From: a virus
Taxonomy: Duplodnaviria; Caudoviricetes
Direction: 5' to 3' (one strand)
Virus record (IMG/VR): IMGVR_UViG_3300017987_005501
DNA: 64,000 nucleotides
The stretch's first letter is position 1. Each line of letters starts with the position of its first letter. This document shows, one piece after another, positions 27,295 to 48,646 of this stretch. Both the position numbers and the translations under genes were made by a program. The notes beneath the pieces were generated by a model. That model was not told the origin of the DNA and searched no databases. It saw only the letters and a list, made by a program, of their open reading frames with translations.

Positions 27295-28446
27295 TTATGA
27301 AATCCTCAAAAGCGTTAAAGTTCTTTCATACATAGTTCCCGTCCCAGTGGAAACTCTCCATCTCCCTTCAATTGCTTGGGCACCATTTACTGTTACCTTG
27401 GCAATGCATGTAAAAGGAAGAACTCCGATCCAGGTATTAACATCGTCGCCCCCTACATTTGATTCTTGCTCAGAATAAGCCACTTGAGCACCCGCCGAGT
27501 AAATAGAGGTATAAATAGATGCCCCCCTAGTATTATCTGTTACAGACCCCGAAAACCAAACCATATAGGTACCGGCTACTGGGGTTAAGGTCATACTATT
27601 AGTCTGGGTATCTGTGGTAGCCGTTGTCGTAGTTGTCGTAGTTGCAGTAGCTTCTGTTGTTGTTGGGAACGTGGGGCTTCCGGAGCCTTGAATTCCTGTA
27701 TTTCCCCGCAATCCAGTATAGGATCCGGCAATACCCGTAAGACCAATTAAACCCGTAACCCCAACAGGGCCTACAATATCTGCTTTTTCTATAACTAGTC
27801 TAATACAATTTGCAGGAGCTTGTAAAGTACTTGTGCCTTGAGTTCTAGCTGCCCTAATTCTAACTACGTCGTTTACCGATAAAGATAAATAGCTAGATGC
27901 TGTTGTCGCTGAACCATAAGTTGTTGTCCTTGCATAAATTTGAGCTCTTGTCCCATTTACTTCTGTAACATTAACTTCTAGCCAAGTTTCTGCTTGAGAC
28001 CTACTTGTTCCGGTAGACACATATAATGAAGTATCATAAGTAATTTTATAGGTGCCTGCAGTATTGCAGGTTACCTCGCTTGAAGCTAAAGAAAAGGCAG
28101 AGTCAGAAGTTCTCACTGTGGTGAGTGGTAAAGTTTGATTCCCTGTTGTGAAAGCCGTACCAGCAGCATTGTTATAGGCATCCCAGATAATAGAATCTGC
28201 TGTTCCCTGTATCCCGTCAAACCCGTCTAACCCCTGAACCCCCGTGTGTCCTGCAATTGTCGCAAGACCCGTTGCACCTAAAATTCCTTGGTTGCCCAAA
28301 CCCGCAATACCAGTCACGCCTTGTGTACCAGCAATACCGGTAATCCCATATCCTAGAATACCAGTTAGTCCCAGAATTCCCGTAGCGCCCGCGGAACCTT
28401 GGAGTCCTCTTTCATTAGTGAGAATAGCTGGTGTATTTTGACCCAC
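27295..28446 (-). CDS. Collagen-like protein, paralog A (collagen - C1q-like domain - collagen - C-terminal beta domain)
   Basis: GTG start; G-X-T-G-X-X runs; jelly-roll-like [13 protein letters not shown]...[11 protein letters not shown]. Confidence 0.8.
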   Translation of the reverse strand: MGQNTPAILTNERGLQGSAGATGILGLTGILGYGITGIAGTQGVTGIAGLGNQGILGATGLATIAGHTGVQGLDGFDGIQGTADSIIWDAYNNAAGTAFTTGNQTLPLTTVRTSDSAFSLASSEVTCNTAGTYKITYDTSLYVSTGTSRSQAETWLEVNVTEVNGTRAQIYARTTTYGSATTASSYLSLSVNDVVRIRAARTQGTSTLQAPANCIRLVIEKADIVGPVGVTGLIGLTGIAGSYTGLRGNTGIQGSGSPTFPTTTEATATTTTTTTATTDTQTNSMTLTPVAGTYMVWFSGSVTDNTRGASIYTSIYSAGAQVAYSEQESNVGGDDVNTWIGVLPFTCIAKVTVNGAQAIEGRWRVSTGTGTMYERTLTLLRIS

Positions 28447-28449
28447 TTT

Positions 28450-29601
28450 TTAAGTAACCCTTATTAAATTTAAAGTTCTTTCGTACATAGTGCCCGTCCC
28501 GGTAGAAACCCTCCACCTCCCTTCAATTGTTTGAGCACCATTTACTGTTACCTTGGCAATACAAGTAAAAGGCAGAATCCCAATCCAGGTATTAATATCA
28601 TCGCCCCCTACATTTGCTTCCCTTTCAGATGAAGCTACCTGGGCTCCCCCCGAATAAATAGAGGTGTAAATAGAAGTTCCTCTAGTATTATTTGTTACGG
28701 ACCCCGAAAAAAATGCTAAATAAGTTCCGGCTGCTGGTGTTAAAGTCATACTGTCAGTTTGGACATCTGTTGTAGATGTTGTTGTAGTTGTAGCAGTTGC
28801 AGTAGCTTCTGTTGTTGTTAAATTTGCAATTCCAGTTATGCCCTGTATTCCAGTTACTCCTTGGGTTCCTCCCAACCCCCCAATTCCAGTAAAACCCCAA
28901 ATACCCGTTGAACCTTGAGCTCCTACAATATCTGCTTTTTCTATAACTAGTCTAATATTATTTGCAGGAGCTTGTAAAGTACTTGTGCCTTGAGTTCTAG
29001 CGGCTCTAATTCTAACTACATCATTTACTGATAAAGATAAATAACACGATGCTGATGTTGCCGACCCATAGTTTGCTGTTCTTGCATAAATTTGAGCTCT
29101 TGTTCCATTTACTTCTGTAGTATTAACTTCTAGCCAGGTTTCTGCTTGAGACCTACTTGTCCCAGTAGATATATATAAGGAGGTGTCATAAGTAATTTTA
29201 TAGGTGCCTGCCGTATTGCAGGTTACCTCGCTTGAAGCTAAAGAAAAGGCAGAGTCAGAAGTTCTCACTGTGGTGAGTGGTAAAGTTTGATCCCCTGTTG
29301 TGAAAGCCGTACCAACAGCATTATTATAGGCATCCCAGATAAGGGAATCGCCTCCTCCTGGGGGTCCAGCAATCCCCGTATTCCCTCTAATGCCAGTAGC
29401 CCCCTGCGCCCCACCGGGAATTCCAGTATTCCCTTGGATTCCAGTTGTTCCAATTCCTTGGATTCCAGTTGTTCCTTGAAGACCCTGGATTCCAGTTGCT
29501 CCAACTCCAAGCGGACCAGTAATTCCCTGAATTCCTGTAATTCCTTGGAGACCCTGAGGTCCGCGTTTTCCTCTTCGTATAACTGGTGAATTTTGTCCCA
29601 T
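28450..29601 (-). CDS. Collagen-like protein, paralog B
   Basis: Same length (383 aa) and architecture as 27295-28446, with long identical DNA stretches. Confidence 0.8.
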   Translation of the reverse strand: MGQNSPVIRRGKRGPQGLQGITGIQGITGPLGVGATGIQGLQGTTGIQGIGTTGIQGNTGIPGGAQGATGIRGNTGIAGPPGGGDSLIWDAYNNAVGTAFTTGDQTLPLTTVRTSDSAFSLASSEVTCNTAGTYKITYDTSLYISTGTSRSQAETWLEVNTTEVNGTRAQIYARTANYGSATSASCYLSLSVNDVVRIRAARTQGTSTLQAPANNIRLVIEKADIVGAQGSTGIWGFTGIGGLGGTQGVTGIQGITGIANLTTTEATATATTTTTSTTDVQTDSMTLTPAAGTYLAFFSGSVTNNTRGTSIYTSIYSGGAQVASSEREANVGGDDINTWIGILPFTCIAKVTVNGAQTIEGRWRVSTGTGTMYERTLNLIRVT

Positions 29602-29610
29602 AAAAACCCT

Positions 29611-30633
29611 TTAAATATCCCTATCTAAGATAAAGACAGCCGATCTCAGATTTCCTGTTAAGCCTGTTTGTGAAATTACTAGTTCGAGGTAATCATCAGC
29701 AACCAAGTCCAGGGCGATAGTAGGAATCGAGGCTGAAGTATCTTCTGTTTGGTAATTTCCAAAAGTAATTCCGGTGCCAGGAATAGTAGTTGTTCCATTT
29801 TTTCTTACATTTACTGTACACGACCAAGAGCCCCCCCCGGTTGAATCAATATCAACTATGTACGACACAAAATGTCTTCCAGGGGTTTTGGCAGTTATTC
29901 TTGACGGGTTTGAAACCGTTGAATGTTCAATTATTTCCGTATTATCCTGAATGTCGGTGGTATCAAAAGGAGTAGCAGTTGCGGCTGTAAAATTAGTAGA
30001 AGCCCAAATAGCCGCACGACGAGCTTGAGATGAAACATTTATATTTTTAATAGTATACCACTGCCCTGCGTTCCGCGTAGATCCTAAATGAGCCGTTTGG
30101 CCGACTTTTAGATCAATTTCATTATAACCCAGTAAAAAAGCTTCTCCAGAAGCTGTGTTTACTCGCATTACATTAGTCCCTGCCCCAGCGCATGAAACAT
30201 AGTATTCGTGAAAAAACCCATCATTTACTAGGGTTGGGGTTAAAGGCAAATTAACAGTGACATCCCCAGAAGTAATATCGCCAATTAAAACAAAATCATT
30301 TTGGGGACCAAAATCAACTTCTTGCTGAGATGCGTCACCACTGGAAAAAGTCCCCGTAAAACCACTAGTATCCCCTGCAATTGTAATAGTATTCGTTCCT
30401 GTATTTATATTAGTAATTGTTCTATTGGCATCGCTTAATGCATTTAATTCGCTCTGGAAAGTTACATCGCTAATATTCGTAAAACGAAGAATATCCCCTA
30501 TTTGGAAAACGCCCGCACCACTAGCAGAAACAAAAGTTCCAGGATTTGCTTTATTGAAAACAGTTATGGCATTTGTGCCTCCTACTTGCCTAAATTTAAA
30601 TTTTCCACCATAAGGATAAACTGTATATGTCAT
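29611..30633 (-). CDS. Fibre-associated protein with C-terminal C1q/TNF-like domain
   Basis: SRITAKTPGRHFVSY...VRKNG...LDLVADDYLELVISQ pattern. Confidence 0.6.
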   Translation of the reverse strand: MTYTVYPYGGKFKFRQVGGTNAITVFNKANPGTFVSASGAGVFQIGDILRFTNISDVTFQSELNALSDANRTITNINTGTNTITIAGDTSGFTGTFSSGDASQQEVDFGPQNDFVLIGDITSGDVTVNLPLTPTLVNDGFFHEYYVSCAGAGTNVMRVNTASGEAFLLGYNEIDLKVGQTAHLGSTRNAGQWYTIKNINVSSQARRAAIWASTNFTAATATPFDTTDIQDNTEIIEHSTVSNPSRITAKTPGRHFVSYIVDIDSTGGGSWSCTVNVRKNGTTTIPGTGITFGNYQTEDTSASIPTIALDLVADDYLELVISQTGLTGNLRSAVFILDRDI

Positions 30634-30642
30634 TTTTCCCTC

Positions 30643-33600
30643 TTAAATAATTAACCAATTAGACCCATCAGAAAGCACGTGAACGGCTTCATATTTATTA
30701 TTAAATCTAAAATTATTTTGCCCATCGATTGTTTCTCCTCCCAAAGTAGTAACCCCTACATTATATGTTATATCTAAAGCTTTAATAGTAAAATGTTCAC
30801 CATCATTTCCCACTGCTGTTGGTAATGTGGCAACTACTGTATTTGATGTTCCATCTAATCCAATAACATCATCACTTAATTGAATATTATAATTTGAAGT
30901 TACTGTCTGGTAAGCTAGAGCATTAGAATCCACCGAAGATTCTGATGCTCTATAAGGCAAAACAAATCCTTCTGTTGCTGAGATAGCTAATAAAATTGGA
31001 TTACTATAGGATCCCGAAGCCGTTGGCTCTATTGTAGTAAGTGCGCCAGAAGTTGCGTCAGAAACAAAATAGTAATTTCCAGCAGAAAGCCCTGCAAAAG
31101 TATTAACATACCCAATTTGTGTAAGTTTAAAATTATTTATGTCAATAACTGAGCTAACTATAAAAACCCCTAAAGTTGTAATATTATCAGCACGAGCCTT
31201 TCCATAATTAGACGCACTTGAATTATAATAGATAGGCATTCCAACCGAGAAGTTATGCCCTGGTTGGTTTATTTGTTTCTCAATTGTTCCAGTAGTCCCT
31301 AGTCCAGTAACCCCTTGATAACCAGTTAATCCGTAGAGACCGGTAAATCCGATAAATCCAGTTATTCCTTGGATTCCAGTAGCACCCTTCGGCCCACTTG
31401 CCAGCCCCGTAACCCCCTGACCTCCAGTAGGTCCTTGAAGTCCTGTTCCTCCTCCAGGAATACCGGTGATTCCTCGGATACCAGTATTTCCTTGAATACC
31501 AGTATCGCCTTTGGGGCCTCCATATGCTCCGGTTACCCCTCGGACCCCTGTTTCTCCAATATCTCCAGTATCCCCCTTGATCCCTGTTAATCCAAGAATA
31601 CCAGTCACCCCTTGGATTCCTGTCTGCCCATCAACCCCAAGAATACCAGTCACCCCTTGGATTCCTGTTTGCCCGTCAACACCAAGAATACCGGTCACTC
31701 CTTGGAATCCTGTTGTCCCCTGAAATCCAGTTAAACCTTGGGTTCCCGTTTGTCCTTGTAATCCTGTATCCCCGCTAAATACCTGGGCATCTACATATGC
31801 TTTAATTGATTGCTGGGTTGCAAGGGCATCTGGGTCATTGCTCGCCATATTATCTTCATCAAGAATTTTATTGACACTAGTTCCCGTTTGGAAAGACTGC
31901 GACCCACTAACCAAAAGATTTCCCGTAACACTAAAGCTATCATCAGTTACTAGTAAATTCGGTCCTCCTCTATATAAATTTGTATCGGAATCAAATAAAA
32001 GTTGCCCGCTAGAATGGATTGATATAGTTTTATTAAACCCATCTAGAGTCAATAAAGGATATATTGGAACAATCGGGTTTGCCCCAAAGGAATCATCATT
32101 TTCGAAATTAAACGTTAAATTGGCTGTAGTTGCTTCTTTTCTAATTTTCCAGCCTCTAACAGCATCAAAAACTCCAAAAGCCCCTGTATCAGAATATAAA
32201 TGCAAGGATGAAGTTTTATCCCTATCAGTGGAAATCGCAAAATAGTCGGAAGAACTAGCCTGGACCACAAAGGAACCATTATTTCCGGTATTAGAATCAT
32301 AATAAACAAGGCCATCATGTGAGTTATAAAAATCTGGACGCCAATCTAAGGTAGGGTCTACCAAGGCAGGGCCCGTAACCGAAAAAGTAAAAAGTGATTG
32401 TTTTTGCCGACCTGCATTTCCAACATAAGTAGTATTGGCTAATTCACTAAATGTGTTGATATAAATATTGTTTGGGTTAATAATATTAAATTGAGAAGGG
32501 AGAGGATCCCCTCGCCCATACAGAATTCTAAATGATGCCCCTGAAGATTTTTGATCAAATGCCAAATTTGAAATTGAATTAAAAGAGGAGTCCTCGATAT
32601 ATACGGTGGAGTTGTCATCGGCCACAATCCCGGTATCCAGTGTATCTGCTATGCTATTTCTTATATCAATTGTGGAGTTACCAGTGGCTGAAATAAGGGT
32701 TCCCCCAGAAACAAATTCACATTCCCTAGCCCGAATTTCTGCCGACCCACTTGCTGCAAGAATAATTCCTGCATTATTTTCGAAATAACAATTCCAAATG
32801 TCTATATAAACATTAGCAAAACAGCCACAGATAGCTTTATACTGAATATTTATTATATCCGAAGTATAAATAACTACTTCACAATCATCAAACGCTCCAA
32901 AATAGGCATAACAGCCGGTACCATCTACCCCATTCAAATAAACATACTCTGTATTTCCTCCGCTAGCATAGCTAAGAAGAGCGGCACACCCTGGGGTTGT
33001 TAAGTACCCTGGGGTATCCGAACCATCAATTGCTATATTCGAAATTTGCGCAGGGTAATTAAATCTGAAAACAGGTTGGGGGGAAGATACCATCGCAGTA
33101 GAAGGTTTAATTTGCGTAACTGCTTCTCCAACACCTGTAACTTTTTTCAAATAAGGGTTGTCAAATAGCAGCGTTCCAGAAATTTCATACTCTCCACCCG
33201 CAATAAAAATCTCGGTTTCAGCAGTTATATTAGCATTAGCCCAATCAAAAGCAGCTTTAGGGTCTGTAAAATCGCCCCCTTTTTTCGCGACGGTTATTCG
33301 GGAAGCAAATCGCTTATTCATGTTTATGTTAACATAAATTTTCCCGTTGGAGGGGTCTGAAACAAGCACATTCCCCATTTTTACAAACCCAGCAGGGGGG
33401 ATTGGGTCTTCTGTCGTTATTTGCCCTGGGGTTGGGCCTAAATACAAAATACTTCCAGCTGCCCAAGAAGAGGTATCTAGATTTCGAACTATCCCTGCAG
33501 TTGTTATAAAACCGTTTTGTCCATTAGGAATATCCTCAGTTGCAAGCCCTAAAGTGGCATTAACCTCTAAGTCTGTATTAGACGAAGCTAAAGCTACTGT

Positions 33601-34134
33601 AGGTCTTTCGTTTAAGGACCCCGTAACATAGACAGCGCTTCCATTATCTATTTGAGCTCCTGTGTTATTCGCAGCTAAAACTAAAAATTCTTGCCCTATT
33701 TGTAATCGGACCTCGCCCCCCGGCATACCTAGTTCTAAAGTCTGGCTTTCCGAATCCCAATGTAAAGTTCCACTTGCGTGCGTTATACCACTTACTGTTT
33801 GATCAAAAACGACTTTTCGTTGCTGTCCAAAATCTCCGGTTAAATTTAAATATCTATCGTCGTAGTCTTGAAGCCCAACTTCGGAAAGGTAAGAGTCAAC
33901 TTCAGATTGAGGGATATCAGAAGTACCATCATTAAGGATTAAAGTGGAAGACCCAGCACCAAAGGCATCGTCTGTTGCATAGGTTTTTAAGTCTGTAGAA
34001 GAGTAAGCATCATCTAAATCGCCTTGTTTAGTGAGAGTTTCAGACCCCCCAGATGCTGGGATAATGATTCCCATATCTCTAATTAGGACATCTGATGATT
34101 GACTAGGGTTAGTTTTAATAACTAAAATTGCCAT
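30643..34134 (-). CDS. Modular fibre protein with parallel beta-helix region and collagen segment
   Basis: ITVAKKGGDFT entry motif, Asn/Ile-rich beta-helix-like coils, G-X-T collagen block, short C-terminal fibre-tip domain. Confidence 0.75.
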   Translation of the reverse strand: MAILVIKTNPSQSSDVLIRDMGIIIPASGGSETLTKQGDLDDAYSSTDLKTYATDDAFGAGSSTLILNDGTSDIPQSEVDSYLSEVGLQDYDDRYLNLTGDFGQQRKVVFDQTVSGITHASGTLHWDSESQTLELGMPGGEVRLQIGQEFLVLAANNTGAQIDNGSAVYVTGSLNERPTVALASSNTDLEVNATLGLATEDIPNGQNGFITTAGIVRNLDTSSWAAGSILYLGPTPGQITTEDPIPPAGFVKMGNVLVSDPSNGKIYVNINMNKRFASRITVAKKGGDFTDPKAAFDWANANITAETEIFIAGGEYEISGTLLFDNPYLKKVTGVGEAVTQIKPSTAMVSSPQPVFRFNYPAQISNIAIDGSDTPGYLTTPGCAALLSYASGGNTEYVYLNGVDGTGCYAYFGAFDDCEVVIYTSDIINIQYKAICGCFANVYIDIWNCYFENNAGIILAASGSAEIRARECEFVSGGTLISATGNSTIDIRNSIADTLDTGIVADDNSTVYIEDSSFNSISNLAFDQKSSGASFRILYGRGDPLPSQFNIINPNNIYINTFSELANTTYVGNAGRQKQSLFTFSVTGPALVDPTLDWRPDFYNSHDGLVYYDSNTGNNGSFVVQASSSDYFAISTDRDKTSSLHLYSDTGAFGVFDAVRGWKIRKEATTANLTFNFENDDSFGANPIVPIYPLLTLDGFNKTISIHSSGQLLFDSDTNLYRGGPNLLVTDDSFSVTGNLLVSGSQSFQTGTSVNKILDEDNMASNDPDALATQQSIKAYVDAQVFSGDTGLQGQTGTQGLTGFQGTTGFQGVTGILGVDGQTGIQGVTGILGVDGQTGIQGVTGILGLTGIKGDTGDIGETGVRGVTGAYGGPKGDTGIQGNTGIRGITGIPGGGTGLQGPTGGQGVTGLASGPKGATGIQGITGFIGFTGLYGLTGYQGVTGLGTTGTIEKQINQPGHNFSVGMPIYYNSSASNYGKARADNITTLGVFIVSSVIDINNFKLTQIGYVNTFAGLSAGNYYFVSDATSGALTTIEPTASGSYSNPILLAISATEGFVLPYRASESSVDSNALAYQTVTSNYNIQLSDDVIGLDGTSNTVVATLPTAVGNDGEHFTIKALDITYNVGVTTLGGETIDGQNNFRFNNKYEAVHVLSDGSNWLII

Positions 34135-34152
34135 CTATTTATACCTTTTCAT

Positions 34153-36684
34153 TTATGATTCGAAAATTGCGAGAACATTTAGTTCGTCAAAATCTGAACC
34201 TCCAGCTCCCGCAGTCCTCACTAGCCTTGCCCCGATCTCATCGCCAGCTGAAACATTTCCTAAAGACCCCGTCGTATATGCTGAAGCATTCCCAGAATTT
34301 AGGGTTAAAGAAGCAACTATAGCTGGAACCCCCGAAGGAGAAGTAAGAATATCGACTCTATAGGTATTGGTTGCATCTGCTGTATCCACCCTAATTGAAA
34401 TTGCTATTAAAGTAGTATTAAACGGAATCGTATCCCCCGCATCAGAAGTAATAACACCTTCCCCTGTTTTTAGGTAACGGGTACCACCAGAAAGAACTCC
34501 TAAATCATGAGTATATCGTAAACTAACCCCATTTGGGGATGGGCCTGTTGAGCCTTGGATTCCGGTTCCCCCAGAGAACCCGGTTAATCCTTGGATTCCG
34601 GTTCCCCCAGGAAGTCCTGTAACTCCTTGGATTCCAGTAACCCCTTGGATACCTGTAACCCCTTGGATACCTGTAACCCCTTGGATTCCTGTTTGTCCTT
34701 GGGACGTTACCCAAGAAGTCCCGATAGGGTAAGAAGAGCAAATGTACCAAATACCCGTTCCTATATCTTTATATCTTTGTCCAAAGATCCCCGTAACAGA
34801 CCCATTTGGGTTTCCTGTCGCTTGAATATTGCCAGAATTATATTTATTAGACGTATCAGCGTCTGCTATTAATGTTGTTACATTAGATCCAAATTGGTTC
34901 GGACCAATTTCATTATCATCACATCCGTTTGCAACCTCAACCCCTGTATTCGCATAATTAATAACCAGGCCTTTAACAATATTTCTATCTGACCCATTTG
35001 TTAAAAGAATTCCGTTTCTAAAATTAGTTCCATCTCCGTCCAGAATATTTTCTTCCAAGGAGCAATCCTGGCAATCGTAAATATAAAGGCCCCATGTTCC
35101 GCTATTATTTGTTTTTATAACTGAATTATTTGCAACGTTACACTCATTCCCCCCCACAAGGGCTAACCCAATTGTATTTGCGTTATACCCAACATCAGAT
35201 GCCCTATTATTAAAAATGCTACATGCTGTTGTATCTACAAAGGCAAAACTCGTTTCCCTGTTGAATTCAACAATATTCCCATTAACAATAGAATCAAAAA
35301 TCCTATTTCCATACCCATAAGTACCTAGTGTGTTATTCCCATCCATATGGATTCCATCAACCCAGGCTACCGAACTTGAATCGGAAGTTACAATACAATT
35401 TGAGCAAATAAATTGTTTTCCTGGAGCTGTTGTGCTATCAGTAAACAAAATACCAACACGAAGATCTGTTTTTAATGCCGTGCTAAGAACCCTTAAATTT
35501 TGACAACCATTTTTTTCTCCACCATTGATTTGAATTCCATGGATATTGGGTTCAACAGAAAGAGTGAAATCTTGAAGCATACAATTAGGGACTGGAACAG
35601 TCCCATTCGTAGCCCCAAGATTAATTGCGGCATCATTTGCTGTAGTCCCACCCGCCCAAGTTGTGTTAAGGGCCCGAATTATGGGGTTTCCAATTCCGAT
35701 TAAGGTAACACCACTAGAAGTAATATTTAAGGAAGTGGTTATCTCATGAATTCCTGGAAGAAGAAATACCGTACCACCCCCCGCAGTTTGAATGCTATCA
35801 ATTGCAACTTGAATTCTTTCTCCTGTTGCCACATATAGAGAACCATCTGGAATCCCAATTAATGTACCAGTTGTTGCATCTGCGCGTGCCGCATCATCCA
35901 TATAGACGTTTTCTTGGGCAAATTGAAGGGTGCCTGATAGATTTGTTCCAATACAAACCCAAAAAGGATTAATAAAAGGAGAACCCGCATCCACCATAGT
36001 TCCATTTTGGTCGAGTTGTCCGCAATCCCTAAATAATGTTGAGAAAATGGCGGGAGGGGAAGTCGCGCCAAAAATACTTGTTCCGGAAGCGGGAGAAAAA
36101 GAAACACCAAGAAAATCATTTCCTCCCTCAAATATATCCAAAAACCAGGTCCCAGAAAATCCAGAAGCAGGGGTTTCTATTTCAACACCTCGGAAAGTCG
36201 TTGTTCCAATTTGAAGTTTTCCAGTTCCCTGGGCTCTTATTGTTGCTCTGGCAGACCCTTCTACTGCAGATATTGTGCAACCCCGAAGATCAACCGAAGT
36301 TGATACATCATGAGTTCCTGCTATTAACCCAATTCTCCCTCCCCTTCTATTATTGCTTTGAAGGAGAGCTGTAGCAGCGGCAGAGATTGTCGTATAATCT
36401 CCATTTCCATTAGGATCCACGATTAAATCTGTAGCCGACCTCCCAGTATCAAACCATTGAATAAAATCATTAAGGGCACTAGCAGCAATATCTGTTGTTC
36501 CATCATTAAGGGTAAGAGTCCCCCCACTAGCTAAGGATCGTATGTTTCTAGAAGTTAAGTGTTTCCTAATTTCAATTAAATCAGTTAAGGTTTCACTGCT
36601 AGAAGCTCCTATAACTACCCCAGTATCTGCAATAGTTACAGCAGATCCTGTATTATTTTTAATGATTAATGATTTTATGGACAT
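34153..36684 (-). CDS. Modular fibre protein with pectate-lyase-like beta helix, short collagen and C-terminal beta domain
   Basis: GDYTTISAA and IQVAIDSIQTAGGGTVFLLPG entry motifs; repeated Cys/Asn stacks; GVTGIQ repeats. Confidence 0.8.
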   Translation of the reverse strand: MSIKSLIIKNNTGSAVTIADTGVVIGASSSETLTDLIEIRKHLTSRNIRSLASGGTLTLNDGTTDIAASALNDFIQWFDTGRSATDLIVDPNGNGDYTTISAAATALLQSNNRRGGRIGLIAGTHDVSTSVDLRGCTISAVEGSARATIRAQGTGKLQIGTTTFRGVEIETPASGFSGTWFLDIFEGGNDFLGVSFSPASGTSIFGATSPPAIFSTLFRDCGQLDQNGTMVDAGSPFINPFWVCIGTNLSGTLQFAQENVYMDDAARADATTGTLIGIPDGSLYVATGERIQVAIDSIQTAGGGTVFLLPGIHEITTSLNITSSGVTLIGIGNPIIRALNTTWAGGTTANDAAINLGATNGTVPVPNCMLQDFTLSVEPNIHGIQINGGEKNGCQNLRVLSTALKTDLRVGILFTDSTTAPGKQFICSNCIVTSDSSSVAWVDGIHMDGNNTLGTYGYGNRIFDSIVNGNIVEFNRETSFAFVDTTACSIFNNRASDVGYNANTIGLALVGGNECNVANNSVIKTNNSGTWGLYIYDCQDCSLEENILDGDGTNFRNGILLTNGSDRNIVKGLVINYANTGVEVANGCDDNEIGPNQFGSNVTTLIADADTSNKYNSGNIQATGNPNGSVTGIFGQRYKDIGTGIWYICSSYPIGTSWVTSQGQTGIQGVTGIQGVTGIQGVTGIQGVTGLPGGTGIQGLTGFSGGTGIQGSTGPSPNGVSLRYTHDLGVLSGGTRYLKTGEGVITSDAGDTIPFNTTLIAISIRVDTADATNTYRVDILTSPSGVPAIVASLTLNSGNASAYTTGSLGNVSAGDEIGARLVRTAGAGGSDFDELNVLAIFES

Positions 36685-36701
36685 CGTTTATTCCTACGTT
36701 A

Positions 36702-47102
<10,401 letters not shown>

Positions 47103-47281
47103 CTAAAACTCTTTCTCATAGTTTTGGCATGATGCAAAACGGTTCTTTATTAAAGGAGTTAGAAAAAAAGAATATTCATGTTTTTCCAAAATTAATCTTA
47201 AACATAATAAAAAATGTTGATTTAGATCTCGGTATTAATGGGTGAAAGCCACCAGAAAAAGGAAGAAACCCCATTTCTATA

Positions 47282-47878
47282 ATGAGACCTATGGACAATA
47301 AAATTGAATTAATTAAAAAAATTAAAAAAGATTGTTTTAACTGTAAAACTTGTGATATTGGTAAAAATTTGGTTTTAGATCAAAAAGATCCACATGTTTT
47401 TGCGAGTGGAGAGCTTGGAGCTAAGGTTGTAGTTGTTGCTCAGAACCCAGGGAAAGAAGAAGTAAATAAAAAATTACCTTTAATCGGTCCTTCCGGAAAA
47501 AATCTTAATGCTCTTTTAGGATTGGCTGGGTTAAAAAGAAAAGAAATTTACATAACAAATACTGTAAAGTGCTTCACTCCCCAAAATAGGGCTCCCTTTC
47601 CCGCCGAAATTAAAGCGTGTAAAGATTTTCTTAAAAGAGAGCTAGAGGCAATTAAACCAAGGCTTATTTTAGCACTTGGGAATTACGCTGTAAAATATTT
47701 CGTAAAAAAAGGTGGAGTTTTAAGTCTTCATGGCACGATTATACATTCTGATGAATTTAACGTTGATGTTTTTGTTACCCTCCATCCCTCCCCCATGAAC
47801 TATAATCGGGACACATCAAAAAAGGTTCTTCTAGAAGATTTCACTAAACTAAAAGAAATTTTGCAGAATTATAAATGA
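47282..47878 (+). CDS. Uracil-DNA glycosylase family 4-like, [4Fe-4S]
   Basis: CFNCKTC, VAQNPG, LIGPSGK.L, YITNTVKC, EI.AC, TLHPS. Confidence 0.85.
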   Translation: MRPMDNKIELIKKIKKDCFNCKTCDIGKNLVLDQKDPHVFASGELGAKVVVVAQNPGKEEVNKKLPLIGPSGKNLNALLGLAGLKRKEIYITNTVKCFTPQNRAPFPAEIKACKDFLKRELEAIKPRLILALGNYAVKYFVKKGGVLSLHGTIIHSDEFNVDVFVTLHPSPMNYNRDTSKKVLLEDFTKLKEILQNYK

Positions 47879-48636
47879 TTTCGAAAACCCCAAAAGAAAT
47901 TAAGAAAATTCGGAAAGCAAATAAGCTAGTTGCCGAAGCCCATCTTCTTGTTGAAAAAGCTATTAAACCCGGAATTAGTACCTTAGAGCTTGATTCCATC
48001 GTTACAAAATACTTTAAGGAAAAAAATATAACTCCAGCTTTCCTCGGTTATCGTGGCTTCCCCGCAACAACTTGTCTCAGTGTAAACGAAGAAATCGTTC
48101 ATGGAATTCCATCTAAGGAAAGAATTTTGAGAGATGGCGATATTATAGCAGTAGATATTGGATCTATAGTCAAAAAGTATTACGGGGATGCTGCTAAAAC
48201 TTACCCCGTAGGAGCTATTTCGGAGGAGCTTAAAAAATTGCTTTTCCATAATAAACAAGCCTTATATGAAGCGATTAAGGTAGCAAAACCAGGTAATACA
48301 ATTCGAGATATTGCAAATACAATAAAAAGCTATGCAGTTATGTGGGGATATGAAGTTGTTACAAATTATGGAGGACATGGGGTAGGAAAAAAATTGCACG
48401 AAGAGCCATTCGTCCCAAACGAAGCCCTTTCTACCTATAGGGACGATCTTAACGTAAAAATCGTGCCGGGGATGACCATAGCAATTGAACCCATGTTTTG
48501 TTTAGGATCAAGCGAAAATAAAGTTTTAGCAGACAACTGGACGGTAGTAACGAAAGATGGCAAACCGGCAGCGCATTTTGAACATACTATTGCAATAACT
48601 GAAAAAGGAAATGAAATTTTAAGTTCCTTAGACTAG
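47875..48636 (+). CDS. map: Methionine aminopeptidase type I
   Basis: CLSVNEEIVHGIP, DGDIIAVDIG, YYGDAAKT, GHGVG..LHEEP, AIEPM, AHFEHT. Confidence 0.97.
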   Translation: MISKTPKEIKKIRKANKLVAEAHLLVEKAIKPGISTLELDSIVTKYFKEKNITPAFLGYRGFPATTCLSVNEEIVHGIPSKERILRDGDIIAVDIGSIVKKYYGDAAKTYPVGAISEELKKLLFHNKQALYEAIKVAKPGNTIRDIANTIKSYAVMWGYEVVTNYGGHGVGKKLHEEPFVPNEALSTYRDDLNVKIVPGMTIAIEPMFCLGSSENKVLADNWTVVTKDGKPAAHFEHTIAITEKGNEILSSLD

Positions 48637-48646
48637 GAGAGAAGTT

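Noticed and set aside
27295-29601. Paralog pair as a diversity-generating retroelement template/variable repeat
   Set aside because: Differences are mostly synonymous and involve all bases rather than adenines only; both copies are full genes; no reverse transcriptase in the window
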